Source: a virus | Taxonomy: Duplodnaviria; Caudoviricetes | Strand: one strand, 5' to 3' | DNA length: 64,000 nucleotides | Virus record (IMG/VR): IMGVR_UViG_3300028410_000746 | Shown here: in pieces, positions 44,663 through 54,540 of the stretch | How positions within the stretch are numbered: position 1 is the stretch's first letter | Layout of the letters: every line of letters starts with the position of its first letter | Notes under the pieces: generated by a model | What the model was told of the DNA's origin: nothing | The model's input: the letters and a program-made list of their open reading frames with translations, nothing else | Databases searched by the model: none | Position numbers and translations under genes: made by a program

Positions 44663-44749
44663 CAATGACCTCTCACGGAATCGAACCGTGACCCGCAGGG
44701 GGAGACACCCCCACGTAGGTGAGGAAAAGTCTGCGACAAGAAGTCATTG
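44663..44749 (-). ncRNA. tRNA-like element with an 11-bp acceptor-like stem and T arm, no D arm
   Basis: CAATGACTTCT/AGAGGTCATTG; CACGG-TTCGATT-CCGTG. Confidence 0.45.
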
Positions 44750-44792
44750 CACGTGTGTAATCGAGAGACGTAGTGCTCTCATTCCCAAAAGA

Positions 44793-45362
44793 TTACTCCT
44801 CTCCGTCGTCCATATACACATCATCAGGCCCGCGAGCATTCAACAGGAGCAACTGAGCACCCAGGACGTCCAGCGCGCCGTAGAGCGACGACGCGGCGCC
44901 GTGAGCGTCCTCCAGACATGCTTGGTAGCACGGCTCACCATCTCGCATCTCGACAGACAACAAAACGTCCTCTCTCGCCGTACGTAGTACCGAAGGGGGG
45001 AGCACCGTCGAGGAGGGGCCCTTGAAGCCCATGAGCAGGACCCCAGCGCTCTTTGCGTGGCGCTTGAAGCCGTTGTAGCGCTGAATCAGTTCCCGATGCG
45101 AGGATTCGCGTTCAGGGTACTCGACCGCGTGGGTACGAGTAGGGCCGACGTAGCTGAAGCGAGGGCCTTCATAGCCGTACTCCGGCTTGTCCACGTGCTC
45201 CAGGAACATCTCAACAGGACGTGCCCACAACTCCCCAGAACGATCAGGCCGATGGTACACGGCTACAGGAGAGTCGCCTTCCGAATGCCTAGCGACCCCT
45301 ACCAGAAAGTAGAGGTCACCCTTGAAGTGGCGGTAGTAACCGGGCACCGGTTCAGTAGTCAT
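44793..45362 (-). CDS. DUF1653 domain protein
   Basis: GYYRHFKGDLY..VARHSE..VYH..LWARPVEMFLE..PRF. Confidence 0.85.
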   Translation of the reverse strand: MTTEPVPGYYRHFKGDLYFLVGVARHSEGDSPVAVYHRPDRSGELWARPVEMFLEHVDKPEYGYEGPRFSYVGPTRTHAVEYPERESSHRELIQRYNGFKRHAKSAGVLLMGFKGPSSTVLPPSVLRTAREDVLLSVEMRDGEPCYQACLEDAHGAASSLYGALDVLGAQLLLLNARGPDDVYMDDGEE

Positions 45363-45943
45363 CTAGATGCCTTGGTCAGGTACGCCATGATATCAGTCAG
45401 CGTGCCGAAGTTGTCCAACGTGTCCGACTCCAGGATCTCCCCCTCTTGGGTGACCTTCATCTCCACGCACCCCCAAGGGTTCTTTGCCGTGGGTGGGTAC
45501 GACCTCAACACGATGGCGAGGTTGCCCCGCACCAGAAGCTCCTCACGAGGCTTACCGGGAGCGTTAAGGTCTCGCCACATCTTCAAAGGCTCCGAGACTC
45601 CCCACTCTGCGAAGTCCACCGACTTGGCCTTCGAGGTGACGTACCGATCACTGTCGTTCTCGTGACCCCAGGGTCCCAGATTCGGCATCGCCATGATCTG
45701 GAACATAGAAGCGAGTGCTGCCACGACCTCATCCAGGGAGACCATGAACAGGCCTTCGCTCTCCGCGTACTCAGCATCCTCGCTCAATGCGAAGACGTTG
45801 TAGTCCCCGTAAGGGACGCAGGGTGAGACCAGAACAGGACACTCCATGTCCCGAAGGACGGCCTGAAGGTTCTCGGAGGGGATGTCCTCCGAAATGGCGA
45901 CGTGGCCGAGGAGCTTCGCGTTGGGGGCCCAGTTGTTCATCAT
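45359..45943 (-). CDS. Hypothetical protein
   Basis: Behind a promoter/leader copy at about 45945-46020. Confidence 0.55.
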   Translation of the reverse strand: MMNNWAPNAKLLGHVAISEDIPSENLQAVLRDMECPVLVSPCVPYGDYNVFALSEDAEYAESEGLFMVSLDEVVAALASMFQIMAMPNLGPWGHENDSDRYVTSKAKSVDFAEWGVSEPLKMWRDLNAPGKPREELLVRGNLAIVLRSYPPTAKNPWGCVEMKVTQEGEILESDTLDNFGTLTDIMAYLTKASR

Positions 45944-46025
45944 GATCGCGCTCCGTCAGAAGGGGTGTGTCGTTTCGTCTCTCACCTCTCATATACCACA
46001 ACAGGTATGGGGCGTAAAAAAAGAC

Positions 46026-46457
46026 TTACCAGCGCACGTCCTGGATGATGTACGTGATCCACACCTGACGCTCTCCGTTACGAGCATCAAGACCCACAAC
46101 GGTATGACACCACGGGTTCTCCTTCGGATCTGCCGAGATACCCTCCCAGGTGACCACGGGGTTGGCGAAGCTGCCCCCAAACCCAGGCGCTGCTATGATT
46201 TGGTTGAGCATTGTACGGACCTCAACCGGATCGTGAGCGGCAACCACACCCTCCCACACGTCCCCAGACAACTGACACTCTGCGAATCGACGCAGGGGGT
46301 CACTGTGCGGAGTGTACTCGGCCTCCCAAACCTCCGCCGTAATGGCCTCGAAAGCGTCATGCGAGAAGATGTAGAGGTGGAAGATCTCCACACCATCCTC
46401 ATGATACAGGTACTCGACCGGCTCAACTGAATTCGTTGGTGCAGAACTCATATCCAT
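46026..46457 (-). CDS. Hypothetical protein
   Basis: Tiles operon. Confidence 0.45.
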   Translation of the reverse strand: MDMSSAPTNSVEPVEYLYHEDGVEIFHLYIFSHDAFEAITAEVWEAEYTPHSDPLRRFAECQLSGDVWEGVVAAHDPVEVRTMLNQIIAAPGFGGSFANPVVTWEGISADPKENPWCHTVVGLDARNGERQVWITYIIQDVRW

Positions 46458-46731
46458 CCTCAGTGAGGTATCCGTACGTGCGCAGAACGGCTAGGTGAGG
46501 TCGAAGCTCTTGCTTCATCTCCACCAGGGCCCAGAAGCGTTCCAGGGACACCTCGCGTCCGTACTCGTCGACTACCCTCTCATGTCGATTGAGGAGGGCG
46601 CGAACGCTGTCCACGGTCTCAAGCCCAGTGTGGCTCCGGAACAGAAATCTCCAGCCAATCGACGACTTGCCGACGTGGAGACCCTCTTCCGGGTCCTCCG
46701 CGTCCGTGGGTAGGTAGTAATTGGTGCTCAT
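46423..46731 (-). CDS. Conserved phage hypothetical protein (MSTNYY..HVGKSSIGWRF)
   Basis: Family pattern as recalled. Confidence 0.55.
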   Translation of the reverse strand: MSTNYYLPTDAEDPEEGLHVGKSSIGWRFLFRSHTGLETVDSVRALLNRHERVVDEYGREVSLERFWALVEMKQELRPHLAVLRTYGYLTEDGYEFCTNEFS

Positions 46732-46742
46732 GAGACAGCCTC

Positions 46743-47039
46743 TCAAAGGTAGAACGCGACTTGACGAAGCCCGGAGATGAGGTCCTTGAACCCCTTGAAG
46801 GTGCGAACCGGGAACTGGATCTCCGAGACGACGCGTGCCCTCTCCAGATCCTGAACCTCGAAGCTGAGGCCGTAGAGGACGTGCACGACGGTCTTCGAGC
46901 CCGACTCGAAGACGTCTTCAGGAGCCGAGAACAACCGTCCGTCCTCGCTCATGTAGTAGTCCGCCTCTCCTGCGTACGCTCCCGTGAGACCGTAAAGAGC
47001 CTCATCACTGTACCTGCTCATGTCAACCTTGGTGAACAT
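46743..47039 (-). CDS. Hypothetical protein
   Basis: RBS GAGGA; promoter copy at about 47077-47104. Confidence 0.5.
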   Translation of the reverse strand: MFTKVDMSRYSDEALYGLTGAYAGEADYYMSEDGRLFSAPEDVFESGSKTVVHVLYGLSFEVQDLERARVVSEIQFPVRTFKGFKDLISGLRQVAFYL

Positions 47040-47163
47040 CTTGTCCTCTCCTCAGTGGGTTGGTGTATGACTCGTTTGTACCACTGCGACACTGCTCCGT
47101 AAAACAAAACCTCCCGGAACCTCAAGAAAGGTGCCGGGAGGCGAGTGATCGCGAAAGCGGAGG

Positions 47164-47514
47164 TCAGTCCCCCATCAAGCTCAAGTCAAAGATCTCGTCG
47201 TCCTCCACGGGACCGATTCGGCGCCATCCGAGACCAGGAACCGACGTCTCCGGCAAGCTGGCGTCTCCAGGCCACATGACGACGTGACGGTAGGGAGAAG
47301 CGGCGAATCCGATCTCATCTACCTCCACGTACACACCTGGAAGCTTGGGAACCATCCCAGGCTGGAGGACGAGCCAGTGGTTCTCTTCGGTAAGGACCGA
47401 CTGGTAAGAGGCGTTCCTACGGTAAGACAGCCACGCGCGGATCGCCACGGTTACCAGGAACACGCTCAGGGCAAGGATCGCGAAGAGGTGAAGGGAAGTC
47501 ATGGGAGGGTTCAC
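47164..47514 (-). CDS. Membrane protein
   Basis: N-terminal TM helix. Confidence 0.5.
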   Translation of the reverse strand: MNPPMTSLHLFAILALSVFLVTVAIRAWLSYRRNASYQSVLTEENHWLVLQPGMVPKLPGVYVEVDEIGFAASPYRHVVMWPGDASLPETSVPGLGWRRIGPVEDDEIFDLSLMGD

Positions 47515-47581
47515 AGCAGCACCTCGGGGGTAGCAGGATCACGGACAGTCGCAAGTACCAAGCACCCCTTGAACCTCCAGA

Positions 47582-47923
47582 TCACTCCTGCTCATCCTCG
47601 GAAGCGGCCGGTTGAGGGGCCGCAGAGAGGACACAGCGAAGAACCGCCGCCCAGTCAAACGTGATCTCCAGGCCCTTATCGGTCTCCTCGGCTGCCGTCA
47701 CGATCTCCGGGAAGTAGGGGACCATGCTCATGGCCATCTCCCATTGCCACGACGAGTCAGCACCTCCGCGAAACTCTCCGTCTTTGGTGAGCTGGTAGCG
47801 AGACAAGCGCGTCTGGTCAAAGCCCTCCGTGATCATGCTCAGGAGCCAGTCCGTGCCCGTTCGGCCGCCATCCTCTCGGCATAGCAGCCATCCTTGAACG
47901 TCTCTCTCCGGATCTTGCGACAT
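47582..47923 (-). CDS. Hypothetical protein
   Basis: RBS GGAGG; start overlaps the upstream stop. Confidence 0.5.
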   Translation of the reverse strand: MSQDPERDVQGWLLCREDGGRTGTDWLLSMITEGFDQTRLSRYQLTKDGEFRGGADSSWQWEMAMSMVPYFPEIVTAAEETDKGLEITFDWAAVLRCVLSAAPQPAASEDEQE

Positions 47924-48255
47924 CACATACCTCCAGCTCGATTGAGCAGCGCTATGGCCGCAGCAGCGGCCTCTTTCCATCGGACCTTGGGGTCCTGATG
48001 AGTCGCCAGAAGCGTCTCATCCTCGTCCTCGAATCTCCAGGCCCAGACTGACAGGCCCTTGCTGCGGAGCTGGTACCCCTGATTGGACAGGAGCGTGCCC
48101 AGTTCGAGCTGCATGCGCCACACCCAGGTAGAGACCTCAGGCCACGCAAGATCCTTGACTCCAGCTCGCCACGCACGCACACCCAACCAGGAGAGCGGGC
48201 ACGCGAGCACGTAATAAACCAACCGCCACTTCCACACTGCCAGTCGGTACGCCAT
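47923..48255 (-). CDS. Hypothetical protein
   Basis: Tiles operon. Confidence 0.5.
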   Translation of the reverse strand: MAYRLAVWKWRLVYYVLACPLSWLGVRAWRAGVKDLAWPEVSTWVWRMQLELGTLLSNQGYQLRSKGLSVWAWRFEDEDETLLATHQDPKVRWKEAAAAAIALLNRAGGM

Positions 48256-48314
48256 GGCATCCTCCAGGGTGTGTGTAACACTTACCCCGAAGTATCGACA
48301 GAGTATTCACCCCG

Positions 48315-48578
48315 TCAGAGCCCCTTGGTGTCACCGTCTTGCGGCATCTCGGACAAGAGAAGGTACTCCTCGCCCACCCTCATCTCCTCGCCGATCTCGT
48401 AGACCTTGGCAGGCTCTCCGTCCTGCTCGACCCGTCGTGAGTGTGCTCCCAGGAGCGCCTTCGCCATCCGGATCTTGAATCGTCGCAGCGCCTGATCTTC
48501 ATCGTGTGTCATCGTATGCCTCATGGTGTTCGTAGGAATCGTAGACCTACGATAGCCGGGCACACGAAAGAGCGTCAA
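48315..48578 (-). CDS. Hypothetical protein
   Basis: Tiles operon; start uncertain. Confidence 0.4.
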   Translation of the reverse strand: MTLFRVPGYRRSTIPTNTMRHTMTHDEDQALRRFKIRMAKALLGAHSRRVEQDGEPAKVYEIGEEMRVGEEYLLLSEMPQDGDTKGL

Positions 48579-49147
48579 GGGTCGGTGATGTGGCTTTCGC
48601 GGTAAAAGGCCAACTCATTGATCGTACTACGAAGGTCTCCCAAAACCCTGTGATCTGCGGAGACCTCGCGGGGCAGCATCTCGTGGCCCCAGACCTCGAA
48701 TGCGCCGCGAAAGCTGGACACGTCAATGTTCCGGTAGTGGAACAGGGCGTTGAAGTCGGGCATCTGCGTCTGGACGAACTCACGGTCGAAGTGCACGGAG
48801 GACCCGCACATGGGCAAGGTGCCGTAGCGACCGTTCTTGCCCTCGCGCGTGATCTCTTCCGGGAGCATGATCGGGCGGTAGTAGGCGAGCATCTCCTGCT
48901 CCACCTCCGCGAGCGTCTTGGTAGCCTCCAGGGACTCCTGAGTCAGACCGCTCTCGCCGTGTACGCGTACGCACCACGGATCCATCGCATCCAGAACCTC
49001 TTGCGAGTGGTGGACCACCCAGGCGTGGGCATCCAGCTCGACGAGGTTCGCATCGGTGATGATCACGCCCACCTCCAGGATGGGGATCTCGGCGCATGGG
49101 CGGTTCGTGGGAAGGTCTCCCGTCTCCAGGTCAAGAAAAACAAACAT
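48575..49147 (-). CDS. orn: Oligoribonuclease (DEDDh)
   Basis: FLDLETG..ILEVGVIITD..MDPWC..HGESGL..CGSSVHFDREF..HYRNIDVSS..HRVLGDL. Confidence 0.92.
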   Translation of the reverse strand: MFVFLDLETGDLPTNRPCAEIPILEVGVIITDANLVELDAHAWVVHHSQEVLDAMDPWCVRVHGESGLTQESLEATKTLAEVEQEMLAYYRPIMLPEEITREGKNGRYGTLPMCGSSVHFDREFVQTQMPDFNALFHYRNIDVSSFRGAFEVWGHEMLPREVSADHRVLGDLRSTINELAFYRESHITDP

Positions 49148-49779
49148 CACTCCTCCTCCATAAGCTGTGAAAACTCCGCCAAAGACTTGAGCGCCTCCCA
49201 ACGCTTCCGCTCTCGCAGGGACCCGTAAAGGCCCTGGAGCTGCATGAAGGTCGGAGTGAGCTGGTCGTTCACCAGGACGGTCTCAAAGTCGCCCCAGTCC
49301 TCGTACATCTCTCCAACAGCAGACCCAAGCCTCTTTCGGGCATCGGCTTCTCCGCGTCCATCCGACTTCAACCGGTGCACCAGAGCGTCCACTGACGGTG
49401 GGAGAAGAAGCACTGCGAAGATCTCGACCTCATCGTCCTCCGCGAAGTGCTCCCGGAGCTGCTCCAGGCCATGCCTCTCGATCACGACGAGGACGTTCTT
49501 GCCGCGCCCAAAGGGATCTCGAAACGCATCCTCACGGTAACCGTAGTAGTGATCATGGTACTTGACGTGCTCGATGTACTCCCCCCGCTCGATCTCCTCC
49601 AGAACCTGCTCCCGGCCCCTGAAGTCGTAGTCGACCCCCTGCACCTCTACAGGACGTGGAGGCCGTGTGGTGACCGATACGGCGACCTGAGCCGTATCCT
49701 CGCACGAGGCCGCCAACAGCCGGCATAGGGTGGTCTTTCCGACCCCTGAGGGGCCTACCAGAGCTAAGATGGTATTCAT
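49147..49779 (-). CDS. gmk: Guanylate kinase
   Basis: GPSGVGKTT, SVTTRPPRPVEVQGVDYDF, HYYG. Confidence 0.92.
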   Translation of the reverse strand: MNTILALVGPSGVGKTTLCRLLAASCEDTAQVAVSVTTRPPRPVEVQGVDYDFRGREQVLEEIERGEYIEHVKYHDHYYGYREDAFRDPFGRGKNVLVVIERHGLEQLREHFAEDDEVEIFAVLLLPPSVDALVHRLKSDGRGEADARKRLGSAVGEMYEDWGDFETVLVNDQLTPTFMQLQGLYGSLRERKRWEALKSLAEFSQLMEEE

Positions 49780-49862
49780 TTGCGTTCTCACAGGGGGTAA
49801 TCAAGTGCTCGTAGCCCAAAGTAAGAGAGGACGTCTGATCTGTCAAGTCAGACGCCCTCAGA

Positions 49863-49944
49863 TGCGCGAGGAGGGGATCGAACCCTCACGGCCATTGCCA
49901 CCGAATTCTTAGCCCGGCCTGTCTACCAGTTCCAGCACCCGCGC
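49863..49944 (-). tRNA. tRNA-Leu(AAG)
   Basis: Type II Leu body (GGAACTGGTAGAC), loop CT AAG AA, A73. Confidence 0.88.
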
Positions 49945-50004
49945 TCACGAAAGGTACTACCCTGAGAGACCACTCAACATTCCGAGAGGCCCCACTCGCG
50001 ATCA

Positions 50005-50092
50005 CGGAGGGTAGGGGGCTCGAACCCCTGTACCGGAAGACCCGATGTCTCAGATTAGCAATCTGGCCGCTTACCAACTCGCGCAACCCTCC
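50005..50092 (-). tRNA. tRNA-Ser(GCU)
   Basis: Type II, G73. Confidence 0.92.
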
Positions 50093-50132
50093 AGCTCTCC
50101 GAACCTCAAACCCAGGCCCTCGTATTTCAAGC

Positions 50133-50492
50133 TCAGAGCACCAGACGGTGCAGGAGGTCATTGAGCACCGTGCTGAAGGCTTGCGAGTTCATGGGGACGT
50201 AGAGAGGCTCCGTACAACGCAGCAGACCTTTGGGCTTGAGGCAGAAGTCCGTCAGATCGTCCAGGCAGTCGAACTGCTCGGCCATCACCCTGTTGTAGAA
50301 CCGCACGTGCGCCGGCACGATGTCCACAACGCTCATCTGTCTGAACAGGCATTGAATGCGGCGGATGGGCCGAGTCAAGATGAAGTTGAACTGACGCGTG
50401 GAGGGCTCCAGCAGCATGACTCCCACGTTCACGCCCTCCTGCCGGTCAGGGTCAGGCACGAACTGGATAATCGAATAGAAGGCGCTGCTCAT
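50133..50492 (-). CDS. DUF3037 domain protein
   Basis: YSIIQFVPDPDRQEGVNVGVML. Confidence 0.75.
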   Translation of the reverse strand: MSSAFYSIIQFVPDPDRQEGVNVGVMLLEPSTRQFNFILTRPIRRIQCLFRQMSVVDIVPAHVRFYNRVMAEQFDCLDDLTDFCLKPKGLLRCTEPLYVPMNSQAFSTVLNDLLHRLVL

Positions 50493-50504
50493 CCTAGCCT
50501 CTCG

Positions 50505-50786
50505 TTAGTGAGGGCTCCAGGAAGCCTCCCCGGAGTCCTTGTCCTGTGACCTCAACCTCCACGCCAGACAAATCATGACCACGACCGCTACCGCGCCGTA
50601 CACCCAGGAGAACTCCAGGATCTGATCCAGGAACGAAACGTCCGGATCAATCGAACCCCACATCACCGCCAGGGTTACTACGAACAGGAGCCCAAACGCA
50701 TCCTTGAACGTCGCCATCACTGCATGCCACATCTCTCCAACCTCTTGCTTCATACCCTGGAACGCAAAAAAACGCCACCCCGACAT
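50505..50786 (-). CDS. Small membrane protein
   Basis: Two TM helices. Confidence 0.45.
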   Translation of the reverse strand: MSGWRFFAFQGMKQEVGEMWHAVMATFKDAFGLLFVVTLAVMWGSIDPDVSFLDQILEFSWVYGAVAVVVMICLAWRLRSQDKDSGEASWSPH

Positions 50787-50891
50787 GACCCCCTGGAGGG
50801 CGCAAGCCGCTGACGTTACAGGACATAGACGGATTACAGAGAAACCCCCGAGACTGACTCGTGATCACGAGCCCGCCTCGGGGGTCAAGAG

Positions 50892-50975
50892 AAGAGCGGG
50901 GGAGAGTCGAACTCCCAGGCCCCGAAGGACTACACCGGGTTCAAACCGGGCTGGCGTGCCCATGCCTACCACTCC
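50892..50975 (-). tRNA. tRNA-Ser(UGA)
   Basis: Type II, loop TT TGA AC; atypical U73. Confidence 0.8.
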
Positions 50976-51020
50976 ATAGCACTTGAAGTACCAACCCTGA
51001 GTGGTCAAACATTCCCGCGC

Positions 51021-51578
51021 TCAGTAGTAACCGCGACGCTGCAACCTATAACGCAGCGCCAACGCGAGCGCATCCGGGCTTGCGTTCATATCAAGGCACC
51101 ACACAGACTCCGCCCACTCCTCGAAACCTGCTCCATCTCCCGGCGCCTCATCAGGGATCAGGTCGGTGACGTCCACCGCGAAGAGATGCGTGCGGCTCTC
51201 CAGCACCTTGGAAAGATGCACAGTACCCAAGGACAGCATATCATCGGAGGTCACGCGATAGCCGGACTCCTCGTACACCTCGCGAACAGCGGTATCAACC
51301 GGGTTCTCACCCTCGTGATCCATCATGCCCGTCAACGACGACAAGATACGCTCCTCCGGGTCTCCCGAGTCGACGAGCCACGGCGGGACAATCTCCCGAC
51401 GCAAGAGCACCTCGATCACAGGATCACGCAGGCTACGCTTCACGTAGCGAAAGGGCATCACGGCGACAGACGCGCCCGTCCCGTCCTTGACCGACGTGTA
51501 CGGGTTGACCGAACCATCAGGCATCACATGCGACAGCTCATGCACCTCAACCCACCGGTTCTTGTACAGCACCTTCAT
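51021..51578 (-). CDS. NUDIX hydrolase
   Basis: GMMDHEGENPVDTAVREVYEESGY Nudix box. Confidence 0.9.
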   Translation of the reverse strand: MKVLYKNRWVEVHELSHVMPDGSVNPYTSVKDGTGASVAVMPFRYVKRSLRDPVIEVLLRREIVPPWLVDSGDPEERILSSLTGMMDHEGENPVDTAVREVYEESGYRVTSDDMLSLGTVHLSKVLESRTHLFAVDVTDLIPDEAPGDGAGFEEWAESVWCLDMNASPDALALALRYRLQRRGYY

Positions 51579-51579
51579 C

Positions 51580-51813
51580 TCAAACCTCCGTTCTCATCCA
51601 AGCAAAAGGAACATGCAACACATAGCGATCACAGTAGACTCGATGCAAGCGACGGTCAAGGAGGCCACAGCGACGCCTTCGACGCTCCACAAACAAAAAC
51701 CCCGGCTGATTGAGCCGGGGGGCGTGGTGCGTAATGTGCCACAGGTGCCAAGCTCCCCACAGGAAGATCACGGAGCACAGGAACGCGAGCAGGCCGTGCA
51801 GGAAACGGGTCAT
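51580..51813 (-). CDS. Small membrane protein
   Basis: N-terminal TM helix. Confidence 0.4.
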   Translation of the reverse strand: MTRFLHGLLAFLCSVIFLWGAWHLWHITHHAPRLNQPGFLFVERRRRRCGLLDRRLHRVYCDRYVLHVPFAWMRTEV

Positions 51814-51869
51814 GTGTCGAGGGGGGCAAGGGGGTTAGCCGACGCCCACCTCCTCCATAAGCGAATCAC

Positions 51870-53060
51870 TCAAAAGAGCAGGGACTCGCCCTTGGAGCCG
51901 GTGAGACGGAGGGTGTACCACGTGTAGCCCTCGAACGACTCTTGCGCCTCCCACAGCTCGCGGATCTTGGGCCTGAGATAAGGCACACTCGATTGGTAGC
52001 CACTATAGTAACTGTGGTAGTGGGACCTCGGACGTGGATTGGCGACATGCTTGAAGGGCAGCTCACTGTAGGTGGCTTCAGGGTCTATGGTCATGTCCAG
52101 TGTGTAGAGTTCCGGATCGTGCCCGTGGTACGAAACCAGAAGCCACTCTCCCTTGGGAGTCTTGACCACAAAAAAACGACCCCCCTCCATCCACCCACGC
52201 CACCGGCCATACGACTCAACGTCTTCCGGGAACGGCACCGTGGTTGGCTCCAGCGTGAGCTGGGCATCTTCCGGCGCCATCTTGGCCTTCAAGAACATGT
52301 TCGGCTTGTAGTACAACCTCAGCCCCCCGTCGTCGTCGATCAACGTACGAACGTCCTCCCACGTCAAGGCTTCATCCGACTCCTCGATAAGGCTGCTCAC
52401 CTTCAAGGACGCGCGCGAGTCCAGATCAAAGCTCGTGTTATCCGACTTCTTGGGGTCCGAGAGGACCTGCACGTAATGGCGACGCTTGAGCGCAGACAGG
52501 ATCAGGGAGTGCCTCGCCTCCAGCTCCAACTCGTAATGCCCCCCCAGGTAGATCACCTCACGGTTGTCCTTGAGACGCACCCGGTCTCCCGGTTTGATGT
52601 CGCGCAGGCTCACCTTGGAGAGACGGGTCTGCGTGTACAGCTCCGCCGCCGCATAGGCCTCAGTACCCTCAACCAGGAGCCAGTTCTGACCGTCCGAACC
52701 TCGCGCCCACCGACACGCAGCTTGTATGACGCCACAGTCAATGAGGCTGTGGCGTAGGATAAGCTCCAGGTTGGCGCTGGGGACTTCGAGATCGAACCCT
52801 CTTGGGTCGGAGATTCGCCACACCTTGTTCGACGTGCGATAGCGCGAAATCACGTCCCCGATCTCAAAGCCCGTCACCCCCGTGTTCTCAAGGACGAACC
52901 CGGTTCCCGACCCCCAGGACTCCACAGACGCCTGCGACTGCGCGAAGGACGTAGCCTCCTTGTGCTCGCTCTCCTGGTAGGGAGTCGCGTACCCAAGAAG
53001 CGTATCTCCACGCTCCTGGAACTGGAGGTAGTAGGAGAGCGGGAAGTAGTGCTGTGTCAT
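51870..53060 (-). CDS. Hypothetical protein
   Basis: Long ORF, no family recognised. Confidence 0.6.
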   Translation of the reverse strand: MTQHYFPLSYYLQFQERGDTLLGYATPYQESEHKEATSFAQSQASVESWGSGTGFVLENTGVTGFEIGDVISRYRTSNKVWRISDPRGFDLEVPSANLELILRHSLIDCGVIQAACRWARGSDGQNWLLVEGTEAYAAAELYTQTRLSKVSLRDIKPGDRVRLKDNREVIYLGGHYELELEARHSLILSALKRRHYVQVLSDPKKSDNTSFDLDSRASLKVSSLIEESDEALTWEDVRTLIDDDGGLRLYYKPNMFLKAKMAPEDAQLTLEPTTVPFPEDVESYGRWRGWMEGGRFFVVKTPKGEWLLVSYHGHDPELYTLDMTIDPEATYSELPFKHVANPRPRSHYHSYYSGYQSSVPYLRPKIRELWEAQESFEGYTWYTLRLTGSKGESLLF

Positions 53061-53069
53061 GACGAACCC

Positions 53070-53291
53070 TTAGAGGTAACGAAGGCCTTGCCACTGCCGT
53101 GACGCATCCTTTTCGACGTAGAGAATCAAGGCGTTTAGAGACGACCCATGAACCTTTTCATAGGCCCTCAAGCTCGGATACACCTCGGCCAACTGGAGCC
53201 CGGCTGTCCAGCCAGAACCATCCCAGTACCGAGGACCCTCCGCGCCTTGAGACACCCGCACGAAGCCGTGGTCAAGCATCGAATCGCTCAT
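53070..53291 (-). CDS. Hypothetical protein
   Basis: Tiles operon. Confidence 0.45.
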   Translation of the reverse strand: MSDSMLDHGFVRVSQGAEGPRYWDGSGWTAGLQLAEVYPSLRAYEKVHGSSLNALILYVEKDASRQWQGLRYL

Positions 53292-54247
53292 GACGTGAAG
53301 AGCTGGTTGCCCTGGCGTACCTTGTTCGCTTCCACAATCGTAGCGAAGGCCTCCGCCTCTTCCTCGTAGGGAATGAACGCCTCATGCCGACGAGTCGGTC
53401 GAGATTGCGTCGAGAGCAGGAACGACAGCTTTGCATCCTCGAACTTCTTCCGGTCGTAGCTCCGGTTAGTCGCCAGAAGGTCCATCTCCTCCATATGCTT
53501 CTCGACCTCACGCCAGCGCCTGGACCACACGTTCGCCCACTGAACGTTCTGCTGGGCGTAGTAGTGGATCTGGAGCGCGCAGAGGTCGAAGGGAGACGGG
53601 TTACGCATCGTCTGCACACGCTCGTGCATGAGACGATGCAGGAGGTTACTAAGATCCGTCTCAACCGCGAACGTTCCAAGCGCCTCGGGACACATGGGAG
53701 GCTGATTGTCGTCGTACAACCCCGAAGCGCGAGCCGTCACCGTCGCCTCCGTGACCGAATCCATCATTTCCAGGGTGGGCATGTATTTGAACTCGCGCTG
53801 CTTCTCCTGGAAACGATCCACCCACAGCTCGAACTCAAACGACTGCTCTCGCAAGCCGTCAAGCATGAAGTACACGAACGCTTCCGAGTGAAGGCTCGCA
53901 TACATCTCGTTCTCGGTCATCTTGCGAAACCACTTCGCGAAGCTCAAGGTCGAGTCGTACGTCATGGTCCCCATGTGTACGAACTCGTGGAGGTAGTAGA
54001 GGTCGTGGACCACATCCGACTCGTACTCACGAAGCGCGATGCACCCCATCCAGGTCGTGAAGTGGGACCACTCCAGCTTCGAGTCCGTCATCTCAAACGC
54101 CACCAGGGGCTTCTTGGCGGGCGCATCCACCACCCCCGCGATGTAGCCGCCCTCTTGCTCATGCGAGGCTTTGAACAGCTCGAAGCGCCACAGGCTCCCC
54201 ACCCACTCTCGAACATCTTCCGAATGTACAAACTTCAACTTCTTCAT
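53288..54247 (-). CDS. Hypothetical protein with an HExxH motif
   Basis: YLHEFVHMG; promoter copy at about 54280-54308. Confidence 0.55.
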   Translation of the reverse strand: MKKLKFVHSEDVREWVGSLWRFELFKASHEQEGGYIAGVVDAPAKKPLVAFEMTDSKLEWSHFTTWMGCIALREYESDVVHDLYYLHEFVHMGTMTYDSTLSFAKWFRKMTENEMYASLHSEAFVYFMLDGLREQSFEFELWVDRFQEKQREFKYMPTLEMMDSVTEATVTARASGLYDDNQPPMCPEALGTFAVETDLSNLLHRLMHERVQTMRNPSPFDLCALQIHYYAQQNVQWANVWSRRWREVEKHMEEMDLLATNRSYDRKKFEDAKLSFLLSTQSRPTRRHEAFIPYEEEAEAFATIVEANKVRQGNQLFTS

Positions 54248-54309
54248 GCACTACCTCTCTGTGTCGATGTACGGACCGTGTATACCACACAGAATCGTAA
54301 GCGTAAAGC

Positions 54310-54540
54310 TCAATCAGCACCGAACGGCCAAGGGGGCCACGACGAGTTTACCCAGGAGTCGTAGTCGCTGGCCACATCATCGCAAGCCTGCTGCTGGGCC
54401 TGGACGCACTTGGCCTCCAGGTCCACCTCGGAATCCGACACGTCGGGAACCTCTCCAGACCCTCCACAGGTACAGCAAGGGTCCTCGTAGCTCACGAAGA
54501 GGGGGATACGTCCTTTGCCTTTGCAGTCAGGGCACCTCAT
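54310..54540 (-). CDS. Small CxxCxGxG Zn-finger protein
   Basis: CPDCKGKG..CCTCGGSG. Confidence 0.55.
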   Translation of the reverse strand: MRCPDCKGKGRIPLFVSYEDPCCTCGGSGEVPDVSDSEVDLEAKCVQAQQQACDDVASDYDSWVNSSWPPWPFGAD

